A stretch of 64,000 nucleotides of DNA from the human T2T-CHM13v2.0 reference genome, Homo sapiens. Shown in pieces: positions 11,922 to 23,695 of this stretch. The stretch lies in the NCBI RefSeq assembly GCF_009914755.1, contig NC_060938.1. One strand, given 5' to 3'. The translations under genes and the position numbers were made by a program. The notes below the pieces were generated by a model that was given only the letters and a program-made list of their open reading frames with translations, was not told where the DNA came from and did not search any database. The stretch's first letter is position 1; each line of letters starts with the position of its first letter.

Positions 11922-12241
11922 TTTTTTTATTTTTATTTTTGGGGAACAGGGTTTTACTCTGTTACTCAGGCTACAATGTGGTGGCACAATCACAGCTCAA
12001 TCAGCCTTGGCCTCCCAGGCTCGTGATTCACCTGCCTCAGCCTTCCCAGTAGCTAGGACTATAGGCACCTGCCACCACGATGCCCAGCTGTTTTTGTTTG
12101 TTTGTTTGTTTGTTTTTTAAGTAGAGACAAAGTCTTGCTATGTTGCACAGACTGGTCTCAAATTCCTGAGTTCAAGCAGTCCTCCCTTGTCTTGGCCTCC
12201 CAAAGTGCTGGGATTACAGGCATGAGCAACCATGCCCAGCT
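11922..12241 (-). mobile_element. AluJ
   Basis: Diverged full-length antisense Alu ending cccaaagtgctgggattacaggcatgagcaaccatgcccagc. Confidence 0.93.
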
Positions 12242-12427
12242 GAGGAGGTATAATATTATCCATAGTTTCACATGTAAGGTAATAGGAGCTCACAAGGGTT
12301 AAATAATTTGCATCAAATCACTCAGCTGGTAACTTTTAGATCCAGATTTAAAAATTCTCAACTTCTGACTATATCCTATGTTTTTTGTTTGGTTTTGTTT
12401 ATAGCTTGCAGTTGCTTTTATAATTAT

Positions 12428-12706
12428 TATTTTTTTGAGACGGAGTCTTGCTCTGTCACTAGGCTGGAATGCAGTGGTGTGATCTCAGCTCACTGCAATC
12501 TCTGCCTCCTGGGTTGAAGTGATTCTCCTACCTCAGCCTCCCGAGTAGCTGGGACTACAGGCATGTGCCACCACGCCCAGCAATTTTTTTTTTTTCTAGT
12601 AGAGATGGGGTTTCACCATGTTGGCCAGGATGGTCTTGATCTCTTGATCTCGTGATCTGCCCGCCTCAGCCTCCCAAAGTGCTGGGATTACATGCATGAG
12701 TCCCCA
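12428..12706 (-). mobile_element. AluS (Sc-like)
   Basis: ttttgagacggagtcttgctctgtcac...ggccaggatggtcttgatctcttgatctcgtgatc. Confidence 0.95.
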
Positions 12707-13204
12707 CTGGATTTGATCTTTACAAATTAATATTAGCACTTGTTAACTAAAGGAATGAAGAAATAAGTGAAAGAATGAAGGAATAAATACATAACAACAT
12801 TATGTATAACACAGATGAGTGTAATGATTCAGCAAAACTTCATTATAATCTCTTCAGGGCACCTCCTGGAAACCTGAGAAATAAAACTGTTTTATTACTG
12901 GTACTTGCCTTTCTCGAAAACTGATAGTAAACGTCCTGACAAGTTAGTCTTAGGTATCTTTCCTTCAGTTCAATAGCAAATGCTGTTTAAAAGCAAATAC
13001 ACAGCATTTATAGAATGTTTTTGCCTCTTCATTATATTTTACTACATAAAAATCTAAAACACACAAAAAAGTAAAACACAAAAACAGTCTAAAGTGTGAC
13101 ACTGATTTCAGTACAATACATCTAGAGGGAATAATTTTTCTCTAAATTCCCAGGTGGCTAAAAAGAGGGCTCTGTGGATAGATGTGGAAAGCGTGAGACA
13201 GATG

Positions 13205-13330
13205 CTTCTCTGAGCCTCGGGTTTCTCATCTTAAAATAGAGATAATTACAGTACCTACCTCACAAGGTTGTGGGGATTTGTTGGGAGGATCTAAGTAAAG
13301 CCCTTAAGACACTGCCTGGGTATAAAGCAG
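13205..13330 (+). mobile_element. MIR SINE
   Basis: ctctgagcctcgggtttctcatcttaaaatagagataattacagtacctacctcacaagg. Confidence 0.8.
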
Positions 13331-13772
13331 CTATGTAGCTTCTAGTGTCTTAACATTGCTAAGAAAAGAAACACACTTGCCCCCTTTTTGCAGAAGTAAG
13401 CTCCTTTAGTGATTTTCATCTCATTTTCTTCTATACTTTTTTTTGATATTTGTTGTGAGCACGATCTTCTCTTTTTTAATAAATTCATATTTTTCAATTA
13501 TTTTTATTATTAAGGTAAGAAGTGTGCTTTTGTTGGTGGAGGAAGAAGGAAGCCCCTACATGCATAGCAACGTCCATGGGAATGAATCACTGTTCCCTTC
13601 TTTTCTATGAACTTAAGATTATACTCAAGCCACTCCAGAAAATGACCATGCAGTCACTGTAAGCAATTCCTCTAAAATTATTAAAAACTGTTTATGTTTG
13701 GAGAAAGGCAGCCCCTCTTGCAGTGATAATGACTGCTATATGAGAGGATTAAGCTGATTACATCTTTGGAAT

Positions 13773-13983
13773 ACTGAGATTGTGCAAAATAGAGGGAACG
13801 ATGAACTCTCCACATAAGCTAAGGAATTCAGCAAAAGGATGAATCAACAGGAGAGAGAGAATATGAAGCCTCTATTTGGAAACTGAACACGTAGCCTCCC
13901 AGATAAAAGTGAGAAAGATTTTGAGTAATATCTGAAGTCATGTAGCTGAGAAGTTCCATCTACACTTGAGAATAAAAACAAAC
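13773..13983 (+). repeat. Direct repeat copy 1 (partner 14773-14986)
   Basis: ~211 aligned bp with 31 mismatches and one 3-bp gap versus copy 2 (manual alignment). Confidence 0.95.
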
Positions 13984-14772
13984 AAACATACTCTAGGCGA
14001 TGTCTATGCCAGTTCCATGAAGTCATCATAGACTTGCAATCAATTGCTTGGGAAAATAGATTTTAAAGTTGAATTTCTGGCTATTACTAGGATAATTTTT
14101 TCTCCTGGACATTTTATGTATTTATGTATCTACTTTGGTCAGGGTGACAAATGGTATGTGGTATGCAGAGCTTAACTACTACTCCTAGCCCCCAGGCCCC
14201 ATAATCTTTTAGTGGATTCAGCCAAGCAGAAATGTATGTTGAATAAAACCATGTCCAGGGGGTGAGCAGAAAGAAATGCATTTGAGGAAAGGATATTATG
14301 TCAATCCCAAACTCGATGAAATGTTCTAAGAGTATCCCAGAGATTGGTTCTATGAATCTAGTGAAACACAGAATACCCTACTCTTCACAGATGGGTGTTT
14401 ATTTGCATGAGTCCATAGGCATGTGAGCTTTTGTTCCTTAGCTGGAGGATTAGAGGGAAGAAATGACATAGGTGATTAGGGATGGGGGAGAGCTGGGATG
14501 AATATGGAGAAAGGTTAGAGAATGCAGGCGGAAGTTGATGGCAGCAATTTGACTTAGAACCTTATGGGACTTGGGACACACGCACTGTAACCTTGAGACC
14601 TAGATAACAGTGTTTTATACAGATTCGGAGAATAGATTATTTCTCCCACAACCCAGCTACTGCTATGGGTACAGCTTTAGTGCTCTGCGGGCTCAGCTGA
14701 CCACCTGAAGGTGACTGGCTGGCTTGGAGTGACAATAGAAGAGCCTATAGCACTTGTAAGAGCAGGGTCCTC

Positions 14773-14986
14773 ACTGAGATTGTGCACAGCAGAGGGAGCC
14801 ATGAACTCCCTGCATGAGCTAAGGAATTCAGCAAAAGCATGAATCAGCAGGAGAGAGAGAATATGAAGCCTCTATTCGATTAATGAACATGTGGCCTCCC
14901 AAACAAAAGTGGGAAAGATTTTGAGTCATAGCTGAAGTCATCATGTAGCTGGGATATTCTATAAACATTTGAGAATAAAAACAAGC
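14773..14986 (+). repeat. Direct repeat copy 2 (partner 13773-13983)
   Basis: Shares actgagattgtgca...agctaaggaattcagcaaaag.atgaatca.caggagagagagaatatgaagcctctatt...gagaataaaaacaa. Confidence 0.95.
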
Positions 14987-15401
14987 ACAGCAACCAATGT
15001 CCTTTCTGTTCTAATTAGGACTAACTTTTGAGTGCTAGAGACTAGAGGGCAGGCATAGCCCTCTATGGAGATGGGCCGTTCAAGTTTTAATAAATGTGTT
15101 GCATTTGTCATCTTAGTATGGCATGACAAATGATCTATTTTATATTAGGAGCTGCCCAAAGATGTTGGGTTAATTTTAGTCAAAGTGATTTTATGCCCAC
15201 AACATCTGGATGAGTTTGGTCAAAGGAAAGAAGTTTAGTAGACTCATAACCAGAAAGATCTTTGTCTTCACCTGGCCTGCCAGACTTCTGAGGGAGTAAT
15301 CATGCCCAATATAGTAACTGGAAGGACATGCCACTTGTTTGGAAGGATAGAGGCATAGCCTGAGAAGATAAAGGTGAAATCTCTGAAAACTTTGATAAAG
15401 A

Positions 15402-15731
<330 letters not shown>

Positions 15732-16575
15732 CTAACTCTAGATAGGGACCGAATGGGGGTATAATGTTTGTTTAAGTTTTTGGGAGACACTTGATAACAC
15801 AACCTGGATATGGTGGAGAGCATTCACATTCCTTTTCAGTAGTAGCCTCTTAACGATGAGGTATGGATGAACAGCAAATTGCTGCTGACTTATTAATTAC
15901 CATGCCCACACCACTGATTTCCCTATGTCTTACCTGTGCACACACATTGGCTTTACAGCATACGAACGCCAAGTTTGTGGCGTAGCATATGGTGCTCCCT
16001 CAAATAAGCACAACTGTCTGCCTCTCTGCTTATCTAATCATAGCAACAGAAAAATTGACTTTTCAGTTTTCTTTTCCCCAGGCCCTGGGAGATGCATATG
16101 CCAAATACTTGGCATTCTTTGTAACAGAGTCAATCATAATTAGGATTCCAAATTAAAGTACACTGCCAGCCAGGGCATGTGGTATTTTATATTATTTGTT
16201 TGAACAAATGTATTATAACTTGAAAATGGCAAAGTAAAAGAATTAAGTAAAGCTCACACTTTTTATATGTAATCATCTTGCGGAGTTTTATTTTATCAGA
16301 ATGTTAGATGAAATCAGAAAGCAAAGAATGTAAAATAGAAAAATGTATCTGAAACTTTATTCTTTTAAGTAACAGGTTTGGTTTTTTGTTTTTGTTTTCT
16401 TTATTTTCATTTTGTTTGGTTTTTGAAATGCTCATTGTAGAATGTTGAATATGGTCAGATGTTGGGTGTGAAGTTTATTAGAAATTAACCCTGAAAAAGT
16501 ATGGTATAGTCATTCAGTTGCCTTTTCCAGTGGAGTCTGATTTGGCCTGGCGGGTGTAGTGAAACATTAACTACA

Positions 16576-16631
16576 CCCGCCTCAGCCACCCAAAGTGCTG
16601 GGATCACAGGCGTGAGCCACCGCGCCAGGCC
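16576..16631 (-). mobile_element. Alu 5' remnant (~55 bp)
   Basis: cccgcctcagccacccaaagtgctgggatcacaggcgtgagccaccgcgccaggcc. Confidence 0.9.
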
Positions 16632-18151
16632 CTAAAGCACATCTTGATTGTAGGTTGAGGGTGCAGTGCCAACAAATTCTACTTTCATGGCTCTTGAAAT
16701 TCTGTGAACATTTAAGAGCCACTTTGACACAGCCATTTCTTGTTTTTTGAGAGAGGGTATTATTGAAATTCTTTTTAATCCAAGATTTTTGTGACAATTT
16801 CATTCATTCCTACTTTCTTTACACCAGTAGTAGCTATTCATATTCATTCTTCTATTTTCTTTGCATGATTAACTGGCATATACTAGTTCTTCACATTATT
16901 AGCCTAATAATAGTAGTTACAGGCTATAATAGGCTATTAATTCATTATCATCTCCTGACTCAAGTGAATCTGCTGGTAACTGAGAGCTCCTACTCTTGTC
17001 AATGGCTTTGATCCCACTGATGACCATTTTAGTGCTATTCCCTTCTCACCATGGTTGAGCCTTTTCTACATATTCCTCTCAGAATGGTTGTGCCAGACTT
17101 TCACGGGGAGCCATTTTTAAAGCTATCCTCACTACAGAATATGGCAGCATTTCGTTGGCAGTAAAATCAGTTAAACTGCATATAGAATGCTTTAGTTTCT
17201 TCTGAATAAAATGTGTTACACAAACTGAAGTCACTGCTCTTTTTAAAAACCAAAGCAGAATAAACCGTTTTGTAAGATAATTTTGCCACTATAAATATAG
17301 TTTCCTTTGGCTTCTTCTTGGAAAGATTTTATTTCAGCTTGCACTGTGAGATCTTTGTCGTTTTCACCACACATTTCCGTCAAGGAAGCCCTTGGATGAC
17401 TGCCATGATTTGCCTCTGCTGGACGCTTCCTTCAAGGGCTGTCAACACCTCTCTTAATTGTCTGGCTTAAACATCAGGCGAGCAATGTGTTAAAGTTAGA
17501 TGGCAAATATACTTAAGACAAATATGTAAATTTTTACTCTTTCAAATATGCATTCAACTGGTGTGTATAGATTTCAGAACAAAAGCCAGAGAGAGAGCAA
17601 GAAAGAGGGAGGAGAGAGAAATCTATATGTATAAATAGAAAAGCCAAGGTAGAAATGCTGTGTGTGTAAATACCCAATTTCTGGATTAAGACGTATCACA
17701 AATACATATGATCAATACTTATGTACATGCAAGTGTACTGCCTTTCCAAACACCAGCAAATCTTGGTGAGCAGAAATCAGTAGACTGTCCATAGTGGGAT
17801 CTAGAATTTGAATGGAAACGGTCTTCAATTTTAAATATTCATCTGTTTTCATTTGTAGATATGACACTCACTTTAAGAGGTGATCTGAGTTCAAATTCCC
17901 TAAATTATATTTGCATTTGACTTATTACACATATTGTTAGTTGTCCCTTGAATTCCAGTTTCTCTTTGAGTAAGTTCTTAGAAGATATATGTAGCTAGGT
18001 GACTTATAGTCACCTCTTAGTCATTCTCAAATATGATTATAGGCTATTTCAGATTCATTTCAGGAAAATGTCATGTGTCAAGGTGTCAATTCTGAGCAAT
18101 TTTTACATTTTGCCAATTCTATTATAGAAGTGGCTCTCACCCATAAGTAGC

Positions 18152-18224
18152 TTGAAGGAGTCAGTATGTAATGTGCCAGTCTCATTTTCACTTTATGTGG
18201 GCACAATGTCTCTCTAATGCTGAA
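18152..18224 (-). repeat. Inverted repeat arm B (partner 9379-9451)
   Basis: ttgaaggagtcagtatgtaatgtgccagtctcattttcactttatgtgggcacaatgtctctctaatgctgaa is the reverse complement of arm A with 6 mismatches. Confidence 0.95.
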
Positions 18225-18777
18225 CTGTTATATAACCTGTGGTCTATCTGACTACCATAGCTTCGTAGATCAAAATATTGTTATGGTCATATAAATGACT
18301 ATAATGTGGGTGTTTTAGAATTGCACTTTTGTTTATGCATAACTGGTCCCAACTCAAATCTGCTTCATCATTTTTTAGTCAAAGGATAGTTTTTCATGTC
18401 AGTAGTACCTCAAACTCCGCTTGTGAACTTAACACCCAGCTATATCCTGTTAGTTTTTAATCAGGAGGGAAAAAAAGGCTGCTATTTGAACTAAACTGAC
18501 AGCTTTTGTTGATGAGCTGTTAGGCAGATTAAATTCTGTCTTGCTCTTCAATTGTTCTTGAGGCTCTGTGGGACTTACAGTAATAGAATTTTATTTGTGT
18601 CAGTAAAGTTGACAGCCCTGATTCAGAAGACCACAGGGAGCTGAGATGTTGATTAAGAAGCATCATATTGACCATGGCTTAAGTGGGTAACAAATGAACT
18701 GAGAGAGAAGACTCTGGATCTACTTTTGCCTGTCCATGAACTCGTCCAAAGCAAATATGCTTTGAGTTTTCATGTCT

Positions 18778-19352
18778 GTTTTTTAATTTTTGTGGATACA
18801 CAGTAGGTGTAAATATTTGTGGGGTACATGAGATGTTTTGGTATAGGCAAGCAATGCATACTAATCACATCATGGAAGATAGATAGGGTATCCATCCCCT
18901 CAAGCATTTATTCTTTGTGCTAACAAACAATCCAATTATACCCTTTTAGTTATTTAAAAATTCTATTGAGGCTGGACACAGTGACTTATGCTTGTAATCT
19001 CAGCACTTTGGGAGGGCAAGGCAGGAGGATCCCTTGAGCCCAGGAATTCGAGACTAGCCTGGGCAACATGGCGAAACCCAATCTCTACAAAAAATATAAA
19101 AATTAGCCAGGCATGCTGACATGTGCCTGCAGTCCTAGCTATTCGGGAGGCTGACGTAGGAGGATTGCTTGAGCCTGGGAGGTTGAGGCTACAGTGAGCT
19201 GTGATCATGCCCCTGCACCCCAGCCTGGGTGACAGAGCAAAACTCTGTCTCGAAACAAGCAAACAAAAAATTGTTAAATCATTATTGACTAGAGCCACCC
19301 ATTGTGCTATCAGATACTAGCCCTTATTCATTTACTCTATTTTTTTTTGTAC
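18778..19352 (-). mobile_element. L1MA (L1MA2/3-like) 3' end, interrupted by AluJ
   Basis: gtaggtgtaaatatttgtggggtacatgagatg...gggtatccatcccctcaagcattt; resumes after the Alu with ttattgactagagccacccattgtgctatca. Confidence 0.88.
18970..19270 (+). mobile_element. AluJ
   Basis: ggaggatcccttgagcccaggaattcgagac and aggattgcttgagcctgggagg (AluJ diagnostics). Confidence 0.94.
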
Positions 19353-20083
19353 TGAGATTTTAATTTCTGTACTTAGTAATAGCTTTCAAAATTGTCATGT
19401 TATCCCAGGAAATTGTTATTTTTATCCAAGGCTTATTCCATTTTTTTTTCCAGTTGTTTGGGGCCCACAATATTGTTTCTTTTAGAAATAAAGTTAGAAA
19501 TATTCAGAATAATGAACACTTAAGAGAGAATAAGGAGTAGAATACCTAAAAAAAAAAAAAAAAAAAAAAGGAATCAAATAAGGAAGAGATAGATAGTAAA
19601 AGAGAAGTGGATGTAAGCAATTTAGAATATATTTTATCAAAAATTGCTTTTTAAGTGGCACTTTCTCTTGCTGCAGAAGACATTATTGAACAAAAAAAAA
19701 GCCCAATGCAATTCAATTTAAATTTATCACTCTATTATTTTAATATATTTACTCAGGGTTAACAACTCATTAAACACCAAATTGCTCACTCTTAATGAGT
19801 CTCTGACGCTAAAATTGAGCTGACTTAAATTTTACTGTAAAATATCAGCACCATTGCATAAAACTGTAATAAAAATTAACTAAAAGCTATTGAATGACTG
19901 TGGAGTGGAAAACAGATTTGTGACACAAAACAGAAAATGTAGCACACGATATGTGGCTGGCAGAAACATGAGTAATAGCTTTTATTCACCAAAACATGAT
20001 AAGCCCATTTTTCTTTTGCTGTATTGGAGTCTGTGAAACATGAAGTCATGTTTTCTTTTTTTTCCCCCATTACTTTGTACAAC

Positions 20084-20411
20084 GAGGGCCAGTGGTGGAA
20101 TGATACAGTTTGGCTGTGTCCCCACTGAAATCTCATCTTGAATTGTAACTCCCACAATTCCCACATGTCGTGGGAGGAACCCAGTGGGAGGTAATTGAAT
20201 TATGTGGGCAGGTCTTTCCCATGCTGTTCTCATAATATTGAATAAGTCTCAGAAAGTCTGATGGTTTTAAAAATGTGAGTTTCCCTGCACAAGCTCTCTC
20301 TCTTTGCCTGCTGCCATCCATGTAAAATGTGCTGCTCCACCTTGCCTTCCACCATGATTGTGAGGCCTCCCCAGCGATGTGGAACTGTAAGTCCATTAAA
20401 CCTTTCTTTCT

Positions 20412-20445
<34 letters not shown>
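20084..20445 (+). mobile_element. THE1(A/B) 3' internal stub + U3-R LTR + poly(A) tail (U5 missing)
   Basis: gagggccagtggtggaa (internal/PPT-like), then tgatacagtttggctgtgtcccc..., attaaa at 20395-20400 and A28 at 20418-20445. Confidence 0.9.
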
Positions 20446-20446
<1 letters not shown>

Positions 20447-21914
20447 ATTATGATAGTGCTAGTCAATACTGAGTTGACTGTCAAAAATAAGCACACTTTA
20501 CATTAGCCAGTTACTTCTGGGACACTGTTGAAGAGTACGTCACATGTACCCACAAATTAGTCAAACATCTTTAGGCATCACATGATATCTAAATTAGTCT
20601 TTTTCTCCTTCTCCATCCCCTGGTTGTCCATGAAATATTGGCCTCAAATCAGCTTGCCTATGGCCACCATGGAAACCATCCATCATGAACAGCACCTATG
20701 CCCCTGGTACAGGAGTGCATTTCTCCCCAAGCCTACAGTCTTCTGTGTGTCACAGCAATGCTGAGTTTCCCACAGAGGTGGCGTTGATGGACTCTTTCTC
20801 AACTCTTTGCTATGGAGTATCACCTGGGCTAAGAAGTTCTGCTTTTGCATCAAATTTCAATTTTTTTCTTTTTATTGGATTTGAATTGTTCTGGCACTTT
20901 TGCCACTATGCTGTCTCTCAAGCCCTACCATCCCCTCCATCTTTCTAAGGTCTCTCAGAACCTTAGCTCCAACAAAACCCCCTTCTTTTTCTCTCATTAT
21001 AACACAAATTTCCTGTGAATATCAATGAAGCAAACAGATACGGTGGGAGCTCGTGAAAGACAAAGGACACCGAGCTAGTATTTTCATTAACAACATGGGC
21101 TCTTGTACTGTCAACCAACAAGAGCTTTGTTATAAATTTATTCACAATGGCAATGGCTTTGGGCAACATTTAGATGGAAAGTATTTATGAAAAATATACT
21201 ATTTATGTTTCTGGATAGGAAACATACTATTCATGTAACAAAATATGACATTTAAAGGAACTCACTTTTTCTTTTTTGTTGACAGTCACCGTGTCATCAA
21301 GGAAATCAACATTTAGAAATTATGATTGTCACTAGCTCACTCTGAGCCATGGCTCTACATTTTATCCTTGTCAATAAGCAATCCAGTGTTAGGATTTTAA
21401 AAATTGTTTAAAATATCCGTACAAAGAGTTATTTTCTATCTTGGTCCACAAATTTGTCAATATTTTCCACAGCATCACAATTGTCAGAAAACACAGTGAA
21501 GCTTAAGTTAAAACAAATCTGCAAAGAAAAAGTCAAAAAGAAAACTCTTCCACAGATTTTCAGAGAGATGATTTATTAGTCCAAATTTGAGCATTGAAAC
21601 TAGCCTATATTCTAAGTTTAAGAAAACTGTAATTTTCATGTTTCTTTCAGTTCAATACAATTTATATATTGAATACAAAAGAGATTTTCACTTATTGATA
21701 TGGCTTTCTAGGTGTTTAAATTCTAACTCAATATTTTAAGGATTCAGTAATAGTAGGGTTTCCATTTCTACATGGTAGGCATTCTCTAGTTTACTTTTCC
21801 TCTTCTTTCTGTAGAAATTAACTATTTTTGCTTCACAGTCATTTCATGATAGACCCGATTTCTTACACTGAAATTCATTTTAATGTTTGGATTGAGCAAT
21901 GGTTTGCTTTGGTC

Positions 21915-22250
21915 TTAACTTTTATTTATTGAGGTATAACTTACTTACATACAATGAAAATCTCAAATCTTACATCTACTGTTCAATGAGTTTTGACAAA
22001 TGCATACCATTGTGGACTCCATCCACATCCCTATAACAAAGCAGGGAACTTTTTCACCTTTTCAGTACCCTGTAAAAGTTACCTCATGCCCAATTCTCCC
22101 CTTCCTCTAAGCAACCACTGATCTGATTTCTATCACCATAGTTTACTTTTTCATGTTCTAGAATTTTATAAAAATGAAATGATATATTGTATCCTTTTCT
22201 TGTCTGGCTTCTTTCACTCAGCATACTGTTTCTGAGACTCAGCGGATTGC
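21915..22250 (-). mobile_element. Old L1 (L1MD/ME-like) 3' fragment
   Basis: ttattgaggtataacttac...atgagttttgacaaatgcatac...gcaaccactgatctgatttctatcaccatag...tctggcttctttcactcagcata. Confidence 0.85.
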
Positions 22251-23359
22251 TTTTTAATAATATAATTACAACTGAGTCTCAAAGATTTGAAAAAGTCAGA
22301 ATTTCTTATAAAATTGGACATTGTGGTTTGCTACCTGCTGAATGATGAAGACGAATAATGTACTTCAGTGCCCTGAGATAGTTTTTGTCTACTGTAATAA
22401 AATATTTCCAGTCTTCTCTGTTTTTGCATTCTTCAATTATTACCTTGAAGTTTTAATGTTTTTTAAAATAATGAATTGGCCTAATTGTAGCCTCAGCACA
22501 ACTACTAAGTTACACATTCAATAAAAAGACTTTTTCTTTGTAATGTTATATGTTAATGGTCAGCCTCCTAGATACTGATGAAGCCCATCAATTTCTACTG
22601 ATAGTTAAGATCAATTAACCAATTAGTTACCCATTTTCATTTTTCCTGTATATTCTTTGTAGATCACTTACTAAAATGATTTTCTAAGACCTTCACTTTC
22701 TTAAGTAAAGAAAAACAATTTGACTGAGACTTGGCCATTTAGCTAAAATCTAAAAGACCTATTTAATTTAAAGTATAAGTCAAGCAGAGATCTTATCTTC
22801 TGTCCATAAATAATAAGAATGATTGTTTTTCGCTAAGTGGAAAAAGTGAGATGAGGCAAGAAGTTGAAGAATGCCTAGCCAGGTAGCATATGAAGCCTAC
22901 AAGTTTCCAGCTGTGGGTCTGATGAAAAATAATGAGACATCTGATGGAACTTAGGATCTTATTTGAAAAATAAGCCATCAAGTACTTTAACTTTCTGGTA
23001 TTTCAAAAGTAAAAACATATACTAATCACTTGTTTTTATTTCACTTATTTGACACTACACATCTGTCTTAGTACAAACTCATGTTTATGCAATGAGATTT
23101 ATTAGACTGATAGTTCATATCTTAGCCCCTTTTCATAGAGAATCATTGAAAAAAAAACTGTTCACTGTGAGAAAACTCTCTCCCCTCACTACTGATCGCT
23201 TATAGTACCAATTCAGTATATGAGAAGACACTATTTTTACAATTATTCACATCCTTAAGAAAATAAAACTCTATAATTTAAACAATGGGAGTATAAAGGT
23301 ATTTTAGAACGTATTTGTATATGTTAAAACAACAGCATATTAAAAATTTACCTTGAGAA

Positions 23360-23695
<336 letters not shown>

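Noticed and set aside
13773-13983. Direct-repeat copy 1 lies at the midpoint of the 9379/18224 inverted repeat
   Set aside because: Unequal L1 and Alu insertions on the two sides make the present symmetry most likely coincidental.
14815-14952. Box C/D snoRNA-like motifs on the minus strand of repeat copy 2 (ATGATGA ... CTGA)
   Set aside because: The C box is absent from copy 1 (it is created by the 3-bp indel) and terminal stem spacing is non-canonical.
13773-14986. Direct repeats as the two LTRs of a small unknown retroelement
   Set aside because: TG/CA ends can be drawn, but no TSD, polypurine tract or primer-binding site is visible and AATAAA sits at the very end with no U5.
22266-22530. 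Short open frame ending ...YLLNDEDE* followed by two AATAAA, resembling a last exon or retrocopy 3' end
   Set aside because: No convincing acceptor, no recognisable protein, and AATAAA is frequent in AT-rich DNA.
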